A DNA stretch of 64,000 nucleotides from Octopus sinensis (lineage: Eukaryota), in assembly GCF_006345805.1 (NCBI RefSeq), contig NC_043012.1, forward strand, positions 41,850,001 to 41,914,000, given 5' to 3'. The notes beneath the pieces were generated by a model that was not told where the DNA came from, searched no databases, and saw only the letters and a program-made list of their open reading frames with translations. The translations under genes and the position numbers were made by a program. Below are positions 12,951-26,014 of this stretch, in pieces. The number at the start of each line of letters is the position of its first letter. Position 1 is the stretch's first letter.

Positions 12951-14764
12951 GATACATGTGCGTGTGTTTGTGTGTGTGTTTGCGTGCGTGTTTGCGTGCG
13001 TGTTTGTGTGCGTGTTCGCGCGTAAATTCTGTACATCAATTAGTATATAACCTCGGTTAAATCATGAAGTTTGAGAGTAAAAAAGCAGATAAAGGAGTGA
13101 CTTGTACAAACAGATCAATCATAAAGTATTCGCCAATTTTTTATGTTTTTTCCGAATTAATGTCAGTTTCTTTGTAGCCGAAGCCACGTGACATATTGTC
13201 AAGCTTTGACAGACAGGCGTATGGAATCTTTATAAGATAATATAACTATACAAATGACTAAAATAACTATACAAATTATGGTGGAAATTTGTGGGAACTG
13301 GACAAATATGCAGACACACATACATACATTCACACACACACACACACATACACACATATATATATATATATACATACACACACATATATTTATGCATTTA
13401 CATACATATATCTATATATGTATATTCGCACATATATGTATATATATATACATGTGTGTGTGTGTGTGTGTGTGTGTATGTATAAAATGTTCCTTGCGGT
13501 AGCGAATCTATTAACATTGGAAACGTTTATCGGAGTATGAGCCAATATTTCAGTCTCACGTTACGTACCACGTGCTCGGTTTCCATTTTCCATTTCCCAA
13601 ATAAAAAAGATTCGTCATAAATATAAAAAGTTATCTAGTTTGCTCCCCTTTTTGTGTTTATTCTGTTTTAACCAACTGAAATAATTAATATTCTCATAAC
13701 TTTCTGTTTATTTTCTGTAACTAATAACGTCATGATTATAGAGTAAGAAAAAGAAAAATTTAGGAAGGATTAAAAAAATTTCAAAAAACAGGTTTTCTTA
13801 GGAGTCGTAGGCAACCGAGGGTTTTATGAGGCTGTGAATCAGTTGTGTAGCCTTTCGCACCAACTCGAGAAATCCACGGGTACTTCTGATAGATAGGTGC
13901 CCTTTATAAGCAAGGCTGTATCTTGAACCAGTGACCGGAACATATGCATACTTTCCACTTGAATACGTTTGTTACCAATACTGAAGTCCACAAACAGGAA
14001 GAAATGGCTAACACCAAAGTCATACCGAGCAGCGCAGAGTACTATCCAAAGTTGACTATCATCACCTATCCAAGATCGGTAATATGGCAAGATCTTTTCC
14101 TGTGGTCGCCATGAGTGAGCGGTGTCGAAAAAGCGGTGCAATGAATTTCTGAGGAAATCTCTTGACAACTGTCATATCAAGTATAGACAGTCAGATTCTT
14201 CAAATGAGAGGCCTAATGACATCCCATTTGCTTGTCGATAACTTCTTTTGAGAATGCCTTCAAAGTTGACGTTGAGGACAAGAGAAGATGGAGAAAACAT
14301 CAAGACACATCAACACTTAAACGCAGAACATCACTTTTGATGCAACCATTGGAAGCAACTAGAACTGTTTCTGGTTCTCTTTGATCCGTATTAGCTTCAT
14401 CACTCATCAGAAAACCTACAGTAGAAGAAAAATAATTCTCAATAATTATTCCTTGGCTAAATCAATATATGTATTAATAAGCGTTATCAGCCACATATAC
14501 TTAACGCATGTGTAAAAACACCCGGCGCTTTGAGATGGTATTCTCCACGACGCCATTAGCAGCTTATCGGCGAATACACGAAGCATCTGCATTAAGTATA
14601 TGTGGTCGATAATGTTTATTACACTACTGCTGCTTTTATTTCATGTTTAAATATATATATCCCCTACTTTTCTTCTCGTGTGTGACCCTTCTATCCTAGT
14701 CAGTCGCCATGATAGATCATTAGCCACTACACACATTTTTTCTCTCCTTGTTTTTTCTGTGTCC

Positions 14765-14800
14765 CTTTCTGTAGAAGAGCGTAGGCTCGAAACGTAAAAG
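14765..14800 (+). ncRNA. Minimal hammerhead-like motif in a PLE 3' end (about 14650-14892)
   Basis: CTTT-CTGTAGA-A-GAGC-GTAG-GCTC-GAAAC-GTA-AAAG. The core has A6 changed to U, so activity is doubtful. Confidence 0.65.
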
Positions 14801-14889
14801 ACTTTTTCTATTCCTGAGCGTTATACTAATACATCTGTTTGTTTTGTACACCACCTGTTTTCGTCTTCTGTTTTTTTCGTAAACTCTCC

Positions 14890-14960
<71 letters not shown>

Positions 14961-15095
14961 TAATGTTTATTTTTATATTCAGTTATCATAAAAACAATTT
15001 TGCAAATAAATATTGTAAAATAGACCGTATTTAGCCAAATTTGGATATACGACAGTTTGACGTAATAACAATGATGCACACACACACACACACAC

Positions 15096-15185
<90 letters not shown>

Positions 15186-15897
15186 GTCGAATTTTAACTT
15201 AAAGAATTAAGGTTTAGAAAAGAGACACTAAATGCAGTATCCAAACCTTGTTTGAGTGCAACTCCCAGGTAGTGTACCTGATGAGCATGTACACCAGCTA
15301 TGGGTACCAGGCATCATCGACATTACTGCGCGTTCGTCTTTGAATCTATGTCTAGAATTTCAAGGTGCACGTAGGATCGTTTTCACTGTGCGTCGCATCT
15401 AGTGTTATTGCATCGTTTCACGTCCACCAGGGACCAGTGCAGTATGAAACCGAAACGATTGTTGTGCTAACAAATGCTTCTTGTTACACTCCGTCTTCTG
15501 TATTAATCTTTTAAAATATATATTGTTCTATGCATACACACACACACACACATATACATATACAAAAATATACGTATGTATGTATAATATATATATATAT
15601 ATATTCCCATGGTGGTGTTCCAGCATGACCACAGCCGCATGGCTGAAACGAGTAAAAGAGTAAACGAGTTTATACATATATATGCTTATAGATTATACAC
15701 ATACATACATACATATATAGGTATAGACACACACACAAACACACACATATATCTGTGTACATATACATATGTATGCATATATGTATGTGTGTGTTTCTGT
15801 GTCACTGTGTATGTGTTTGTGTGTGGATGTACGTATGTAGGCAGTGTACGTATGTGTCTGTGTTTGAAGATGAGTTGATTCAATTTTTATATGTAAA

Positions 15898-16741
15898 CTA
15901 GCAGAATTGCCCGGCGTTGCTCGGGGCTGAATTGCTTGAAAGTACTGTTAATGATTGCACTGAATTATGATGATTATTCAGGCAAATATTGATATAAGTT
16001 TACGGTGGGAGATAAGGACTTAACGATCAAACGTGTGCCATTGCATTGTTTTGGGCTAACCAAATTTCTGATGAGCATTATAGGGGCACCAACTTTAAGT
16101 TTGAGAAAGTGTGGTGGTAGTCCGGGGTGCTCAAAGGAATTGAGTACCTCTATTGGATAGTTGATGACGTCCTCTGGGTCAGGAGTTGTATCGATAGACT
16201 GATATACATAGACTTCCCCAGGAATGAGTTTTAGCATTTCATCATTAATATGGTGAACAGTTTTATTCCTCGGGGCCAGTATAGCCTTTTTGCCAATCCA
16301 ATCCATATTCTGATAATTAGCTTGTAGATCTGGGAACACTGCATCTCTGAGATCAGAAGGCGTCTTAACAATGGTACAAATGGAATCGATGGCAATATTA
16401 CCATTTTCATCCCCTGGTATTTTGCCTTCGCCAAGTGCAAGGAGGGTGTGAGGAAATGCTGCTGATGTGATATTACGTCGCATATGAGCACGCATATTGG
16501 TGTGAAGTTTGAGAGTTACTTCCCTTTATTAAAAAAATATGCATTAAAATGGAAAAAAATGATGGTAAATTATTTGTAAAATCATAGACTCATCGTAGAC
16601 GCGCGCTAATACCTAGAAGGGCTCGATATGAATCACGACTATAAGATACCCGGTTTTGGTTAAACTGCATCGCAAAATGTGGGAGTAGTTAGGAATCTAA
16701 ATCGGAGTAGACAGACACACAACCTTTCTTTTATATATAAA
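15898..16741 (-). mobile_element. Helitron (family A termini) carrying a PIF1-type helicase fragment
   Basis: ORF 15974-16495 contains AILAPRNKTVHHIND...LNSFEHPGLPPHFLKLKVGAPIMLIRNL...CNGTRLIV. The 3' hairpin and CTAG are at 15898. Confidence 0.9.
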
Positions 16742-16984
16742 TATTTTCGTCCTAAAAAACTTTGTATGGATTGAATGGTTACCTCTATGGAAATGTATAC
16801 ACGCACATTATACATACATGTGTGTATAGATGAATATATAAATACATTTAAATATCTATATACACTTTTGGGCGATCTTTCTGTTTCTTAGAGATAACTT
16901 TAGATCTTATTTTCGTCCTAAAAAACTTTGTATGGAGTGAATGGTTACCTCTATGGAAATATATACACACACGTTATACATACA

Positions 16985-17378
16985 CTAGCAGTATCGCCCG
17001 GCGTTGCTCGGGTTTGTAAGGGAAATAATTATATAAGCATTTTTAGAGATGTAAAGTATAATAGCCATCTCAATATGGCTAACCACAAAGGGGGAGGGGT
17101 GTTACTGTAGCTTTTTACGTTCTGAGATTTAATAATAAATTTTAGAGAGTTACTTCCCTTATATATGTCAAAAATGGATTAAAAATGGGAAAAATTGATG
17201 GTAAATTTTTTTAAAATCGTAGACTCATCGTAGACGCGCGCTAATACCCAGACGGTCTCGATATGAATCACGACTATAAGATACCCGGTTTTGGTTAAAC
17301 TGCACCGCAAAATGTGGGAGTAGTTACGAATCTAAATCGTAGGAGAAAGACACACAACCTCACTTTTATATATAAAGA
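16985..17378 (-). mobile_element. Non-autonomous Helitron (family A)
   Basis: Same termini as 7593-8228. Confidence 0.85.
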
Positions 17379-17477
17379 TTTCCTCTATTTACATAATATT
17401 GAGGTCTCTTTCTTTCTTTTGTTATCTTACTGTTTTTACCAATATACATATATATATATATATAAATATATATATAG

Positions 17478-17799
17478 TTACAGAGATGTACTTGCATAGC
17501 AAGTGAGTTGATCTGAGATCGTGTGCTGGAACGAAAACAGTTGCAGCGTTGAAGGTGTTTATAAGCCATTTAAGAAACACACAAAAACCGTTAGATTCAC
17601 TTCAACATTTAAATTTAATTTGTCAAAATATTTTCGTCGCTTTGAGACCGCGACCTGTTAGCACGATATTTTTGTTAGTGAACAGGTCGCGGTCTCAAAG
17701 CGACGAAAATATTTTGGCAAATTAAATTTAAATGTTGAAGTGAATGTAACGGTTTTTGTGTGTTTCTTAAATGGCTTACAAACACCTTCCACGCTGCAA
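17478..17799. repeat. Foldback element with 119 bp arms (17541-17659 / 17681-17799)
   Basis: Near-perfect inverted repeat between TA tracts. It is the same family as the units at 22.9-25.1 kb. Confidence 0.85.
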
Positions 17800-18164
17800 T
17801 ATATATATACACACATATATATATATGTATGTATGTATGTATGTGTGTATATGTGTATGCATGTATGTGTGTGTGTGTGCGTGTCTGTGCTTGTGATTGT
17901 CCTCCACCACTGCTTGACAACGAATGTTGGTTTGTTTACATCCCTGTCACCTAGTGGTTTGACAAAGGAAACAGATAGAATAAGTACAATGCTTACAAAA
18001 ATAAAACTGGAGTTGATTCATTAAACTACAATTCTTCAAGGCATTGCCCCAGCATGGCCACAGACCAATGGCTGGAAAAAGCAGAAGAATAAAAGAATAC
18101 ATTCTCTGCTTTGGTCTTATGTTCAAGGCATGAGAAAGCTTGAGTTTACATGAGAAGGCCTAAC

Positions 18165-18430
18165 AGACCTGGTAGAAACAGCAGCCAAATCTCCCTCAAA
18201 TCACACCTTACTGTCTTATGTATGTATATATATATGAGCCAATGAGGGGGACCTCTACATGGTAGCTAGACTTGGTAGAAATAGCAGCCAAATTTCCCCC
18301 AAATCACACCTTACTGTCTTATCTATGTATATATGTATGTATGAGCCTATGAGGGAGACCCCTACATGGCAGGTAGACATGGTATAAATAGCAGCCAAAT
18401 CTCCCTCAAATCACACCTTACTGTCTTATC
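18165..18430. repeat. Three tandem ~105 bp units
   Basis: AGCAGCCAAATCTCCCTCAAATCACACCTTACTGTCTTA occurs three times. Confidence 0.85.
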
Positions 18431-19812
18431 TTTCTGCTACTTGGATATAGGTCTTATATTCGTCGTAAAAAACTTTCCTGTCACACACTCACGCACACGC
18501 ACACACACACACAGACGCACCCTCACACACACACACACACACACGCGCACACACACGCACGTTAGCTTACAATTTTATTTATATATTTGCGTGTCTATGT
18601 GTGGAAAGAAGAAGTGGGAGGCAGAGTGAAAGAATCACTCACTACAGTAAGTGAATTACTTTCATTTTATTCGTTGCCCACTGTGTGTGTGCGTTTGCGT
18701 GTGGTGTAAACCAGACTAAGAAAAGCATTTGACACACACACCAGAATGTGAGTTTTCTGTAATTTTGCTTAATTGGAGTTTAAATTTTAAAAACTGGACC
18801 TGGCATGACGCGATGCATTGTACTCTTAAAAATGCTAGGTAAATTGTAATTGAAGAAATCCTATATTGTAGATTTCTATAACTCCCAAAGGGAGGCAGAT
18901 AAAATCTGCCTTTTATAATAAGAGATGTGTGCATAGATGAATATATAAATACATTTATATATCTATATACACTTTTGGGCGATCTTTGTGCTACTTAGAG
19001 ATAACTTTAGATCTTATTTTCGTCCTAAAAAACTTTGTGCGGAGTGAATGGTTACGTCTATAGAAATATATACACACACATTATACATACATCTGTGTAT
19101 AGATGAATATATAAATACATTTAAATATCTATATACACTTTTGGGCGATCTTTCTGCTACTTGTATATACTTTAGATCTTATATTCGTCCTAAAAAACTT
19201 TGTATGGAGTGAAAGGTTACCTCTATGGAAATATATACACAACACATTATACATACATCTGTGTATAGATGAATATATAAATACATTTAAATATCTATAT
19301 ACACTTTTGGGCGATCTTTCTGCTACTTGGATATAGGTCTTATATTCGTCCTAAAAAGCTTTCCTGTCACACACTCACGCACACGCACACACACACACAC
19401 ACCTTCACACACACACACACGCACACACACACTCACACACACGCACGTTAGCTTACAATTTTATTTATATATTTGCGTGTCTATGTGTGTAAAGAGGAAG
19501 TGGGAGGCAGAGTGAAAGAGTCACTCACTACAAAAAGTGAATTACTTTCATTTTATTCGTTGCACACTGTGTGTGTGCGTTTGCGTGTGCTGTAGCCCGC
19601 ACTAAGAAAAGCATTTGACTTATACACCACAATGTGAGTTTTCTCTAAATTTTGCTTAATTGGGGTTGAAATTTTAAAAACTGGACCTGGCACGACCCGA
19701 TGCATTCTACTCTTAAAAATGCTAGGTAAATTGTAATTGAAGAAATCCTATATTGTAGATTTCTATAAGATACAAAGGGAGGCAGATAAAATCTGCCTTT
19801 TATAATAAGAGA
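18430..19812 (-). mobile_element. Helitron-like family B: two head-to-tail 5' portions with ~165 bp internal tandem repeats
   Basis: A|TCTCTTATTATAAAAGGCAGATTTTATCTGCC starts at 19812 and at 18925. A related piece lies at about 9210-9418. The 165 bp units are at 18930-19330 and 16745-16985. Confidence 0.65.
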
Positions 19813-20169
19813 TTCCTACCTAGTCACTGTTAAGATATATTTCAGGAGGGAAAGGGAGAGGTGACCTGAGAAACAAACAGAAAGATTGCAGAGAAAATGT
19901 TCGTCATAGCCTTTGTGTTATCTTAGAATTCATGTCAATTCCTCTTTGGCCGAAGCCACGTGGCGTATTATCAGGCTTTTAATAGACAGACACATGGAAT
20001 CCTTGTTAGATAATAAAATGCAAATTATTGTTTAAATTGTGTGGGAATTGTACGAATATCTTCTCTATATATGGATACACACACATACACACACACACAC
20101 ACATACGTATTTACCCATACATAGCTATATATATATACATATACAGTTGATATATATATATATATGTTT

Positions 20170-20203
<34 letters not shown>

Positions 20204-20307
20204 GTGTGTGTATGTAAAGGAAAATAAGATAAGGTAGAAAATACTAAAGTACTGTCTCTCTCTCTCTCTCTTTCTCTCTATTCCTTGTGAAATGATTTGA
20301 CGAAGGA

Positions 20308-20342
<35 letters not shown>

Positions 20343-20498
20343 CTGCCTGAAAACTATGGAAATATCTACAAAACGTTTCACTTAATTTTGTTCTACAATG
20401 ACGGAAACCGACATTAAATGTACTTCATAATAAATTTATTTTCTTGTCTTATTTTACCTTATACATATCAACTCGGGTGTTTTATTTCTACCTTAAAC

Positions 20499-20542
<44 letters not shown>

Positions 20543-20621
20543 TTTGATACTTTGATACTTTGATGGGTTTCGGCCATTATTGGCCCAGGCCATGTCTAAC
20601 TTAATAGCACCACCTGGTATA

Positions 20622-20656
<35 letters not shown>

Positions 20657-21153
20657 TCCCCTTCACCGTTTTCTATGCTCTCTCCCCCCTCTCTTTTTCT
20701 CTCCTTCGTGGCTCAAACATGACCACCATCCATCTTTCTTTTCCCTCAGGACGTCCTAAAGACTGGATGTCTTCTATTTCTCTATCTTTTCTCTTTCTAA
20801 AGAAAATATTTCTCCAGTGGTCGCTATTTTACTCTCGTTCTGGTCTAACGACTCTCCATGTTTGTTTTCATTTGGTTTCCTTGTATGACTCCATTGTCCT
20901 ATTGTTGTTCCCAACTTTGACTCTCCATAAAGCCAATATTTTATTTTGGCATTTTTGGGAGCAACTGTCTTCGAAGACTCATATTGTTGATGAATTCTCG
21001 AAATGAAGAGTAGACAGTCGACAACTGGTGAAGGGTCGTTCTTCGTGTTACTTGTCCTGTTTTCCATTTGTTTCTCTCGTTGCTTGCCTATTTAACTCAT
21101 TTATTTTCTTGTTGGATACTACTGGTGATGTCCTGTACCCATATATGCATATG

Positions 21154-21206
<53 letters not shown>

Positions 21207-21207
21207 T

Positions 21208-21243
<36 letters not shown>

Positions 21244-21244
21244 A

Positions 21245-21567
21245 AGGCGCATGGCTTAGTGGTTAGAGCGTCGAGCTTACAATCGTGAGGTTGTAAGCTC
21301 GAATCCCGGATCGGGATTGTGTTCTTGAAGAAGACACTTTATTTTACGTTGCTCCAGTTCACTCAGCTATAGAAATGAGTTGCAACGTCACAGGTGCCAA
21401 GCTGTATCGGCCTTTGCCCTTCCCTTGGATAACACTGGTGGCGTGGAGACGGGTGGCCGGTATGCATGGGCGACTACTGGTCTTCCATAAACAATCTTGC
21501 CCGGACTTGTGCCTAGGAGGGTAACTTTCTAGGTACAATCCCATGGTCAGTCATGACTGAAGGGGAT
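21245..21567 (+). mobile_element. tRNA-derived SINE (family B)
   Basis: A-box-like GGCTTAGTGG and B-box-like CTCGAATCC head, followed by a unique body. Confidence 0.8.
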
Positions 21568-21596
21568 ATCAGCAGCATATATATATGTGACAACCA

Positions 21597-22070
21597 CAAC
21601 AAGAAAACAGCTGTTCATGCAGGAATAAAAAATTGTGCCCGCTAAATGGAGCTTGCATGTCCGAGACCATCATCTATGAAGCTACTGTGGACTCTATAAC
21701 CACTAAAGACACTGTTTCGACGAAGAAATACGTGGGCCTTACAGAGAGTAATTTGAAGGCCAGGTTCAATAACCGCACTTTGAGTTTTAGGCACTGGAAC
21801 AAAAGAAAAGCGACAAAATTATCTAATCATATTTGGTCTTTAAAAGATAAAGGTGTCGATTACAACATCCATTGGAAGATTTTGGCCAAATGTAAGCCCT
21901 ACACCAACGGCAGCGGAAGGTGCGGTCTATGCGACATGGAGAGATGGCTTATCTGGGAAAGCAGCTTAGACCCTACTACATGTCTAAACTCAAGGACAGA
22001 ACTTTTCGGATCATGCCCACATGTGACTAAATTTTTGTTACGTTTTTGGTCCCCTAAAGAAAACAGATAG
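21597..22070 (+). mobile_element. Penelope-like (Naiad-type) GIY-YIG endonuclease C-terminus, 5'-truncated
   Basis: CSCRNKKLCPLNGAC...IIYEATV...KYVGLTE...RFNN...SFRH...TKLSNHIW...CGLC...LNSRTELFGSCPHVTKF. The 3' UTR continues to about 22830. Confidence 0.85.
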
Positions 22071-22826
22071 AACTTGCTTTCTATATTAAGTCCCAAAAAG
22101 TTTTTTTATCTCATTATACCTTTTATTATTTCATACATTTTATATTTTCACACATATTAATTTTTTCTGTACTTTTCTATCCTGCATTTTTTCCTGTGCC
22201 TATATAGATGTGTATATAGATTCATTTGTACACATGTGAATATGTATGAGTGGGCAGTTTTAGATGTGTGCGTGTGTGCGGGCATAAGAATGCACATATA
22301 TATATAGACGTTTTTACTTAGTATTTTTCCATTTTTTTTTTGTATATTCTTTTTTTGCATATGCGTGTGTATGTATGCGTATATAAATATGTGCGGGTAT
22401 GTACATATATGGGCGTGTGTGTGTATGAGTGCATAGGAGCATGTCCGTATATGAACGTGGTTTTTATGCTTTGTATACTTCCTTGTTTTTTTTCTGTTAC
22501 CTTTAACCATGGTTTTTCTTGTGCTTGTGCGTATATAGACGTATGTATGAACTTTTACGGTACGCATGTGTGTGTGTATCAGTTTGTATATATATGCGTA
22601 TATATTTGGCGAAAAATGCGAGTGAAGATGTGTACGTTTTCATAGTGACGTATAAGTACGCACGTGGGTTCGCGAGCAGAATTATAACACAGTAATTTCC
22701 CTTTATATAACGGTATTTTTTCATAGCGTTTTTCAGATGGCCAGATAACCGAAGAGATGGTGTTGTGGATTTCCACTTCGGCATCTGAAAGTCAGAGTTT
22801 TATCTTGACTATTGAGTAAATGTAAC

Positions 22827-22869
<43 letters not shown>

Positions 22870-22879
<10 letters not shown>

Positions 22880-23423
22880 ATATATATCTTGCGGAAGTGT
22901 ACTTGCATAGCAAAGCAAGTGACCTGATCTGGGATCGTGTGCTGGAACGAAAACAATTGCAGTTTGGAAGTTGTTTATAAGCCATTTAAGATAGACACAA
23001 AAACCATTAGATTCACTTCAGCATTTAAATTTAATTTGCCAAAATATTTTCGTTGTTTGAGACCGCAACCTGGTCACTGACAAAATTCCGCGCTGCAAAG
23101 CGACGAAATATTTTGGTAACTTAAATTTAAATCTTGAAGTGAATCTAACATTTTTTGTGCGTTTCTTAAATAGCTTATAAACACATTCCACGTTGCAGCT
23201 TTATATATATATATATTTGTATGTATGTATGTATGTATGTATGTATGTATGTATGTATGTATGTATGTATGTATGTATGTATGTATGTATGTACGTACGT
23301 ACGTACGTACGTATGTATGTATGTATGTATGTATGTATGTATGTATGTATGTATGTATGTATGTATATATATATATGTATGTATATATATATGTATGGAT
23401 ATATATGTATGTATGTATGTATG

Positions 23424-23456
<33 letters not shown>

Positions 23457-23523
23457 ATATATGTATATATGTATGTATGTATATATATATGTATGTATAT
23501 ATATATGTATGGATATATATATG

Positions 23524-23566
<43 letters not shown>

Positions 23567-23673
23567 GTATATATATATATGTATGTATATATATATGTAT
23601 GTATATATATATACGTATGTATGTATGTATATATATATGTATGTATATATATATATGTATGTATATGTATATA

Positions 23674-23746
<73 letters not shown>

Positions 23747-24507
23747 ATATATCTTGCGGAAGTGTACTTGCATAGCAAAGCAAGTGACCTGATCTGGGAT
23801 CGTGTGCTGGAACGAAAACAATTGCAGTTTGGAAGTTGTTTATAAGCCATTTAAGATAGACACAAAAACCATTAGATTCACTTCAGCATTTAAATTTAAT
23901 TTGCCAAAATATTTTCGTTGTTTGAGACCGCAACCTGGTCACTGACAAAATTCCGCGCTGCAAGCGACGAAATATTTTGGTAACTTAAATTTAAATCTTG
24001 AAGTGAATCTAACATTTTTTGTGCGTTTCTTAAATAGCTTATAAACACATTCCACGTTGCAGCTTTATATATATATATATATTGTATGTATGTATGTATG
24101 TATGTATGTATGTATGTATGTATGTATGTATGTATGTATGTATGTATGTATGTATGTATGTACGTACGTACGTACGTACGTATGTATGTATGTATGTATG
24201 TATGTATGTATGTATGTATGTATGTATGTATGTATGTATGTATGTATGTATATATATATATGTATGTATATATATATGTATGGATATATATGTATGTATG
24301 TATGTATGTATATATATGTATGTATGTATGTATGTATATATATGTATATATGTATGTATGTATATATATATGTATGTATATATATATGTATGGATATATA
24401 TATGTATGTATATATATATATATATATATATATGATGTATGTATGTATGTATTATATATATATATATGTATGTATATATTATATGTATGTATATATATAT
24501 ACGTATG

Positions 24508-24539
<32 letters not shown>

Positions 24540-24715
24540 TATGTATGTATATGTATATATATATGTATATATAATATATATATATATATATGTATGTATG
24601 TATGTATATATATATATGTATGTTATATATATGTATGTATATATATATACGTATGTATGTATGTATATATATATGTATGTATATATATATATGTATGTAT
24701 ATGTATATATATATG

Positions 24716-24783
<68 letters not shown>

Positions 24784-25340
24784 ATATATATCTTGCGGAA
24801 GTGTACTTGCATAGCAAAGCAAGTGACCTGATCTGGGATCGTGTGCTGGAACGAAAACAATTGCAGTTTGGAAGTTGTTTATAAGCCATTTAAGATAGAC
24901 ACAAAAACCATTAGATTCACTTCAGCATTTAAATTTAATTTGCCAAAATATTTTCGTTGTTTGAGACCGCAACCTGGTCACTGACAAAATTCCGCGCTGC
25001 AAAGCGACGAAATATTTTGGTAACTTAAATTTAAATCTTGAAGTGAATCTAACATTTTTTGTGCGTTTCTTAAATAGCTTATAAACACATTCCACGTTGC
25101 AGCTTTATATATATATATATTTGTATGTATGTATGTATGTATGTATGTATGTATGTATTATGTATGTATGTATGTATGTATGTATGTATGTATGTACGTA
25201 CGTACGTACGTACGTATGTATGTATGTATGTATGTATGTATGTATGTATGTATGTATGTATGTATGTATGTATGTATGTGTATATATATATATGTATGTA
25301 TATATATATGTATGGATATATATGTATGTATGTATGTATG

Positions 25341-25373
<33 letters not shown>

Positions 25374-25435
25374 ATATATGTATATATGTATGTATTATAT
25401 ATATGTATGTATATATATGTATGGATATATATATG

Positions 25436-25478
<43 letters not shown>

Positions 25479-25596
25479 GTATGTATATATATATTATGTA
25501 TGTATATATATATGTATGTATATATATATACGTATGTATGTATGTATATATATATGTATGTATATATATATATGTATGTATATGTATATATATATG

Positions 25597-25680
<84 letters not shown>
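22870..25680. repeat. Three tandem copies of a ~330 bp foldback element plus a compound (TATG)n/(TA)n tract
   Basis: Units start near 22870, 23740 and 24780. Each tract carries the same TACG and GGATAT interruptions. Confidence 0.9.
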
Positions 25681-25686
<6 letters not shown>

Positions 25687-25728
25687 AATAAAAAATGGAG
25701 TTAACGCATGTTTAAACAAGTATTTTTT

Positions 25729-25813
25729 CTTTCTACATATGTTTCAAAAATTCCACTGATACTTATTCAAAAGAATAAAAGGTATAAACAATGCAATCTT
25801 CTCTTCGGGAAAG
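25729..25813 (-). ncRNA. Hammerhead variant in the 3' pseudo-LTR
   Basis: CTTTC-CCGAAGA-GAAGATTGCATT...GAAAC-ATAT-GTA-GAAAG. The core has U4 changed to C. Confidence 0.7.
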
Positions 25814-26014
25814 TGAAAAAACGAAACTTGTCAATACGACATTTTAGCAAAAAATGATGGATTCGTATAGCGATAGACAGAACGCTATTAATATTGTTTA
25901 AAAAAACGTTATATGATATAACGTCATAAGTAGCTAACAGAAAGAGTAAGGATATTAATAGTGAATGTTAAATATAAAGGAAATTAAAGTCTAAACTATA
26001 TATAATGATAGAGA

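Noticed and set aside
17680-17720. Hammerhead-like stem-GAAA-palindrome in the 17.5/23 kb and 57.3 kb foldback families
   Set aside because: There is no CUGANGA-like core. The motifs at about 6270-6300 and 22745-22795 are likewise too degenerate to call.
18165-19330. CRISPR-like or retrozyme-like arrays
   Set aside because: The units are whole tandem repeats without unique spacers or hammerhead cores, in a eukaryotic context.
21245-21320. tRNA genes at SINE heads (also 36120 and 52690)
   Set aside because: The A/B-box heads continue into SINE bodies and lack complete cloverleaf acceptor stems.
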